A program made the position numbers and the translations under genes. From positions 1,486,765-1,550,764 of the forward strand of contig CAVVMG010000001.1 in the NCBI GenBank assembly GCA_963749415.1: a stretch of DNA of 64,000 bases, in the 5' to 3' direction. The notes beneath the pieces were generated by a model. It ran no database searches. It was given only the letters and a program-made list of their open reading frames with translations, and was not told where the DNA came from. Of this stretch, positions 61,150 to 64,000 are shown piece by piece (the first letter of the stretch is position 1; every line of letters begins with the position of its first letter). This DNA comes from an uncultured Acidobacteriota bacterium (lineage in GTDB: Bacteria > Actinomycetota > Acidimicrobiia > Spongiisociales > ZC4RG35).

Positions 61150-62079
61150 TTGAAGAAACTCGCAATCCCAGTCTTGGCGGTCGCGCTCGCTCTCGGCGCA
61201 TGTGGCGGAGGCGATGAAGTCGCCGCAACTGTTGATGGCGACGATGTGACCGTCGTCGACGTCGAAAGCCTCATCGACAACGGCGAGGAGCCGGTCGAGC
61301 CCGGCGCCCTGTTCGCCGAGGTGCTCACGTTCAGCGTGATTCACAGCATCGTCGTCCGGGCCGCCGAGGAAGACTTCGGCATCACCTTCACCGAGGACGA
61401 GATCGCGGCCGAGGCTGACGAGATAGTCGAGGGTGAGCTAGCCGAGGGTCAGACCCGGGAAGCCTTCCTCCAGGAGCGAGGGGCCACCGAGCTGTATCTC
61501 CAGCAGGCCGCCGAACAATCGTTGGTCGCCACCGCAGTCGTCGAGGCGATCAAGGGCGACCTGGACCCCCCGACCCAAGAAGAGATCGACACCCAGATGG
61601 AGCAGAACACCAAGAACCTGACCGAGGTCTGTGCCTCGCACATCCTGGTGGCGACCGAGGAGGAGGCCCAAGAGGTCACGGATCGGCTGGCGGCGGGCGA
61701 GGAGTTCGCCAACCTGGCGGCCGAGCTCTCCACTGATGGCAGCGCTGAGCAGGGCGGCGATCTCGGGTGCCAGCAGGCCGGCGGCTACGTGCCGGAGTTC
61801 GCCACCGCAGCGCTGGAGGCCGAGCTAAACGTGCCTACGGATCCGGTCCTGTCCGAGTTCGGCTATCACATCCTGCTGGTCACGGAGCGGACCGAGGCAC
61901 AACCCGCAGACCTGCCGACCGAGGACGAGGTCATCGACACCCTCCAGACCCAGGCCGCAGGCCCGGGCGCTCAGGAGTGGTTCGACGGCAGGATGGCCGA
62001 TGCCGAAGTGGTGGTCACCGAGCAGTTCGGCACCTGGCAGTTGGAGCCCAACCCAGAGGTTGTGCCTCCCACCGAGTGA
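61150..62079 (+). CDS. PpiC-type peptidyl-prolyl cis-trans isomerase lipoprotein (PrsA/SurA-like)
   Basis: Signal and lipobox LKKLAIPVLAVALALGACGG (TTG start, AAGGA SD). Parvulin domain ...VCASHILVATEEEAQEV...GDLGCQQAGGYVPEF...FGYHILLV. Confidence 0.8.
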   Translation: MKKLAIPVLAVALALGACGGGDEVAATVDGDDVTVVDVESLIDNGEEPVEPGALFAEVLTFSVIHSIVVRAAEEDFGITFTEDEIAAEADEIVEGELAEGQTREAFLQERGATELYLQQAAEQSLVATAVVEAIKGDLDPPTQEEIDTQMEQNTKNLTEVCASHILVATEEEAQEVTDRLAAGEEFANLAAELSTDGSAEQGGDLGCQQAGGYVPEFATAALEAELNVPTDPVLSEFGYHILLVTERTEAQPADLPTEDEVIDTLQTQAAGPGAQEWFDGRMADAEVVVTEQFGTWQLEPNPEVVPPTE

Positions 62080-63494
62080 TCCTGGTCATAGGTCTCGGCC
62101 CCGGCGACCTCGACCGGGTCCCGGAGACCGTTCGAACCATCCTCCTCGACTCTGACAATCGGGTGATCGCGCGGACCCGCCACCATCCGGCGGCGGAACA
62201 GCTGGCTCAGCTGAGGGAAGTCACCTTCTGTGATGACCTCTACGAGGCTTCCGACAGCTTCGACGACGTATACGCCGCCATCGCCGATCGGGTGATGGCG
62301 TCATCCGCGGAGGGAGCGGTGGTGTACGCAGTCCCCGGGAGCCCGATGGTTGGGGAGTTCGCGGTGCGCAAGCTCATGGAGTCCGGGGCCGGGATCGAGG
62401 TCATCCCCGCCGAGTCGTTCATCGACGCCATCCTCGCAACTGTCGCCTACGACCCGCTGGACAGGGGCCTACAGATCCTCAATGGGCATGGGCTACCGGT
62501 GCCCCTGGTCCTGGACAAGCCGACGATCATCGCCCACCTCGACCGCCCGGAAGTCCTCGCGGATGTGGCGGCGGCGGTGGACCGTGTCCTCCCCGAGGGA
62601 GCGCCGGTGTTCTTGCTCACTGAGCTCGGGTCGGCGGACGGCAGAATCGTCGAGTCCACCGCCAACACCGTGGATCCGGCGCGAGCCGGCTTTCGCACTT
62701 CGATGTACATCGATGCCGAGCCCGGCGGCTTGATCGGTGCGGTGCAGACCATGGCCCGGCTCCGCGAGGAGTGTCCCTGGGATCGGGAGCAGACCCACCA
62801 GAGCCTGATGAAGAACCTGGTCGAGGAGAGCTACGAGCTGATCGACGCCGTTTCCCGGCTCCCCGAAGGCGAGCCCGACTGGGTGGCGTATTCCGAGGTC
62901 GAGGACGAGCTGGGTGACGTTCTGCTCCAGGTGTTGTTCCATGCCGCCATCGCCCGCCAAGCGGGTGCGTTCGACATCGACGATGTCGCAGAGGTCCTGC
63001 GCCAGAAGCTGGTGAGGCGCCATCCCCACGTCTTTGGTGACGTCGAAGTGGCCTCGGCGGCCGAGGTCAAGTCGAACTGGGACCGGATCAAGGAAGAGGA
63101 ACGGGGCGAGGTGGCGGAGTCCGCCCTGGACGATGTCTCCGAGGGGATTCCGGCCTTGCAGCGGGCGTCCAAAGTGCAGAACCGCGCCGCCAAGGTGGGT
63201 TTCGATTGGGAGGAGGCGGCCCAGGTCGTGCCCAAGGTCCGCGAGGAGATCGATGAGCTGGAGGCGGTGCTCGACGATCCCGATCGGGCGGGGAGCGAGT
63301 TGGGGGATGTCTTGTTCTCGGTGGTCAATCTGGCCCGCCACCTCGGGCTCGATCCTGAGATAGCACTGCGCCAGGCGACCGATCGCTTCGAGACGAGGTT
63401 CCGGCGCATGGAGTCCGAGGGAACACTCGAGGGTCTCGATCTCGGCGGGCTCAATGAACGGTGGGACCGGGCGAAGGAAATGGAGCGGGATTAG
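62076..63494 (+). CDS. mazG: Tetrapyrrole-methylase-like domain fused to MazG nucleoside-triphosphate pyrophosphohydrolase (YabN-type)
   Basis: N-terminal ILVIGLGPGDLD... (TP_methylase-like). C-terminal tandem MazG/EE-xx-E motifs (LVEESYELIDA, VREEIDELEAVL...ELGDVLFSVVNLARHLG). GTG overlaps the PPIase stop (GTGA). Confidence 0.8.
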   Translation: MILVIGLGPGDLDRVPETVRTILLDSDNRVIARTRHHPAAEQLAQLREVTFCDDLYEASDSFDDVYAAIADRVMASSAEGAVVYAVPGSPMVGEFAVRKLMESGAGIEVIPAESFIDAILATVAYDPLDRGLQILNGHGLPVPLVLDKPTIIAHLDRPEVLADVAAAVDRVLPEGAPVFLLTELGSADGRIVESTANTVDPARAGFRTSMYIDAEPGGLIGAVQTMARLREECPWDREQTHQSLMKNLVEESYELIDAVSRLPEGEPDWVAYSEVEDELGDVLLQVLFHAAIARQAGAFDIDDVAEVLRQKLVRRHPHVFGDVEVASAAEVKSNWDRIKEEERGEVAESALDDVSEGIPALQRASKVQNRAAKVGFDWEEAAQVVPKVREEIDELEAVLDDPDRAGSELGDVLFSVVNLARHLGLDPEIALRQATDRFETRFRRMESEGTLEGLDLGGLNERWDRAKEMERD

Positions 63495-63502
63495 CCCGCC
63501 GC

Positions 63503-64000
63503 TCAGGGAGGGTCGGGCCCGCTGGTGTAGGTGTGGCCGAGGGGGCTGGTCCACTGGTAGTTACCAGGCTTGGTCCGTTTCAGCCGCCATCCGGCGTGCT
63601 TGAGCCGGTGATCGTGGCGGCAAAGTGGGGAGAGGTTGTCGGTGGTGGTGGGTCCGCCTTCGACCCAGGCTCGAGTGTGGTCGAGGTCACAGTCGGTGGC
63701 GGGCATCCGACATCCCGGGAAAACACAGGTCGGCGTCTGGGTTTCGACCTGGCGGGTCTGGTGGGTGGTGGGTCTTCTCCGGGTGGTCCCGGTCCATACC
63801 GGCTCCCCGTTCTCGGTGACGGTGACCCGGTGAGTGGAGGTGGTCTGCTCGTCGGGCGACCTGGCGGGCGATGTCGGCGATCACCGGTCCGTACCCGTTG
63901 AGCTCACCCGGCGCCTCTGACAGTCCGGCGAGAACTTGGAGATCAACGGTGATGTCCACCGTTCCCCGATCGCGCCCGTGATCCTGGCTCGTCCCGTGGA
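63503..64000 (-). pseudogene. DUF222/HNH-endonuclease-family gene (REP13E12-like), C-terminal part only. Frameshifted near 63845 and truncated by the window edge.
   Basis: The frame ending at 63503 reads ...TPTCVFPGCRMPATDCDLDHTRAWVEGGPTTTDNLSPLCRHDHRLKHAGW (HNH motif) and runs upstream to a stop at ~63880. A second frame upstream reads ...LAGLSEAPGELNGYGPVIADIARQVA (the DUF222 core). The two are offset by 1 nt. Confidence 0.6.

Noticed and set aside
63687-63959. ORF 63687-63959 (90 aa) as an independent gene, and an initially suspected frameshift at CFPG/MPAT (63706)
   Set aside because: On re-translation the HNH frame reads straight through (QTPTCVFPGCRMPATDC). The real frame break is further upstream at ~63845, and both ORFs are pieces of one DUF222/HNH gene.

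Overview
High-GC (~68%) actinobacterial-type chromosomal window, possibly Acidimicrobiia-like (NiSOD, separate atpF/atpH, KorAB); taxonomy is inference only. Most genes have a recognisable function and many neighbouring genes overlap by 4 nt (ATGA/GTGA/TGATG), i.e. they look translationally coupled. Gene content by coordinate (strand in brackets):
- 1-2045 (-): PgaC-like GT2 (partial) <- HEAT-repeat membrane protein <- stand-alone response regulator.
- 2200-4776 (+): prmC-tsaC-glyA.
- 4897-11905 (+): complete F1Fo ATP synthase operon, atpZ-like-atpI-atpBEFHAGDC, with b and delta unfused. A sigma70-like promoter and a perfect CRP/GlxR-type TGTGA-N6-TCACA site lie upstream.
- 11900-14912: SRPBCC protein (-), a Tat-lipoprotein intradiol-dioxygenase-like protein and a CoA-transferase A/B pair (+).
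- 14919-18700: LipJ-like alpha/beta-hydrolase::class III nucleotide cyclase fusion (-), an ABC-F ATPase and a lipoprotein (+).
- 18803-22944 (+): paaABCDE ring-1,2-phenylacetyl-CoA epoxidase operon with the TetR repressor paaR coupled to its end. A perfect 20-bp PaaR-type palindrome sits in the promoter spacer.
- 22934-30798: a frameshifted membrane-protein gene, korAB, an amidase, a DUF3048 lipoprotein and an ACT protein.
- 30826-32231: nickel SOD system. sodN has an unusual HCDLFCGVY Ni-hook. The SodX S26 maturation peptidase reads in frame into a frameshifted AlkA-like glycosylase.
- 32216-36236: PGPGW mini-protein, metG, an EamA transporter and a lipoprotein.
- 36268-40494 (+): deoC, a full ALDH, an ALDH-like NAD-domain-only protein and a DUF1990-TM fusion.
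- 40557-45029 (+): Gfo/Idh/MocA oxidoreductase, FGGY kinase, a second frameshifted AlkA-like gene and a P450.
- 45033-50590: GS-like gamma-glutamyl ligase (-) then GATase1, a second P450, an APC permease and a 189-aa hypothetical (+). This is a candidate gamma-glutamylated-amine oxidation pathway.
- 50610-63494: housekeeping genes (GNAT, esterase, pgl, hydrolase, rplY/ctc, pth, glpK, pgsA, epimerase, mfd, a PPIase lipoprotein and a TP-methylase::MazG fusion).
- 63503-64000 (-): a frameshifted DUF222/HNH (REP13E12-like) gene cut by the window edge.
No rRNA, tRNA, CRISPR array or transposase was recognised. At least five otherwise conserved genes show single-nucleotide frame breaks, which suggests assembly indel errors or ongoing gene decay.
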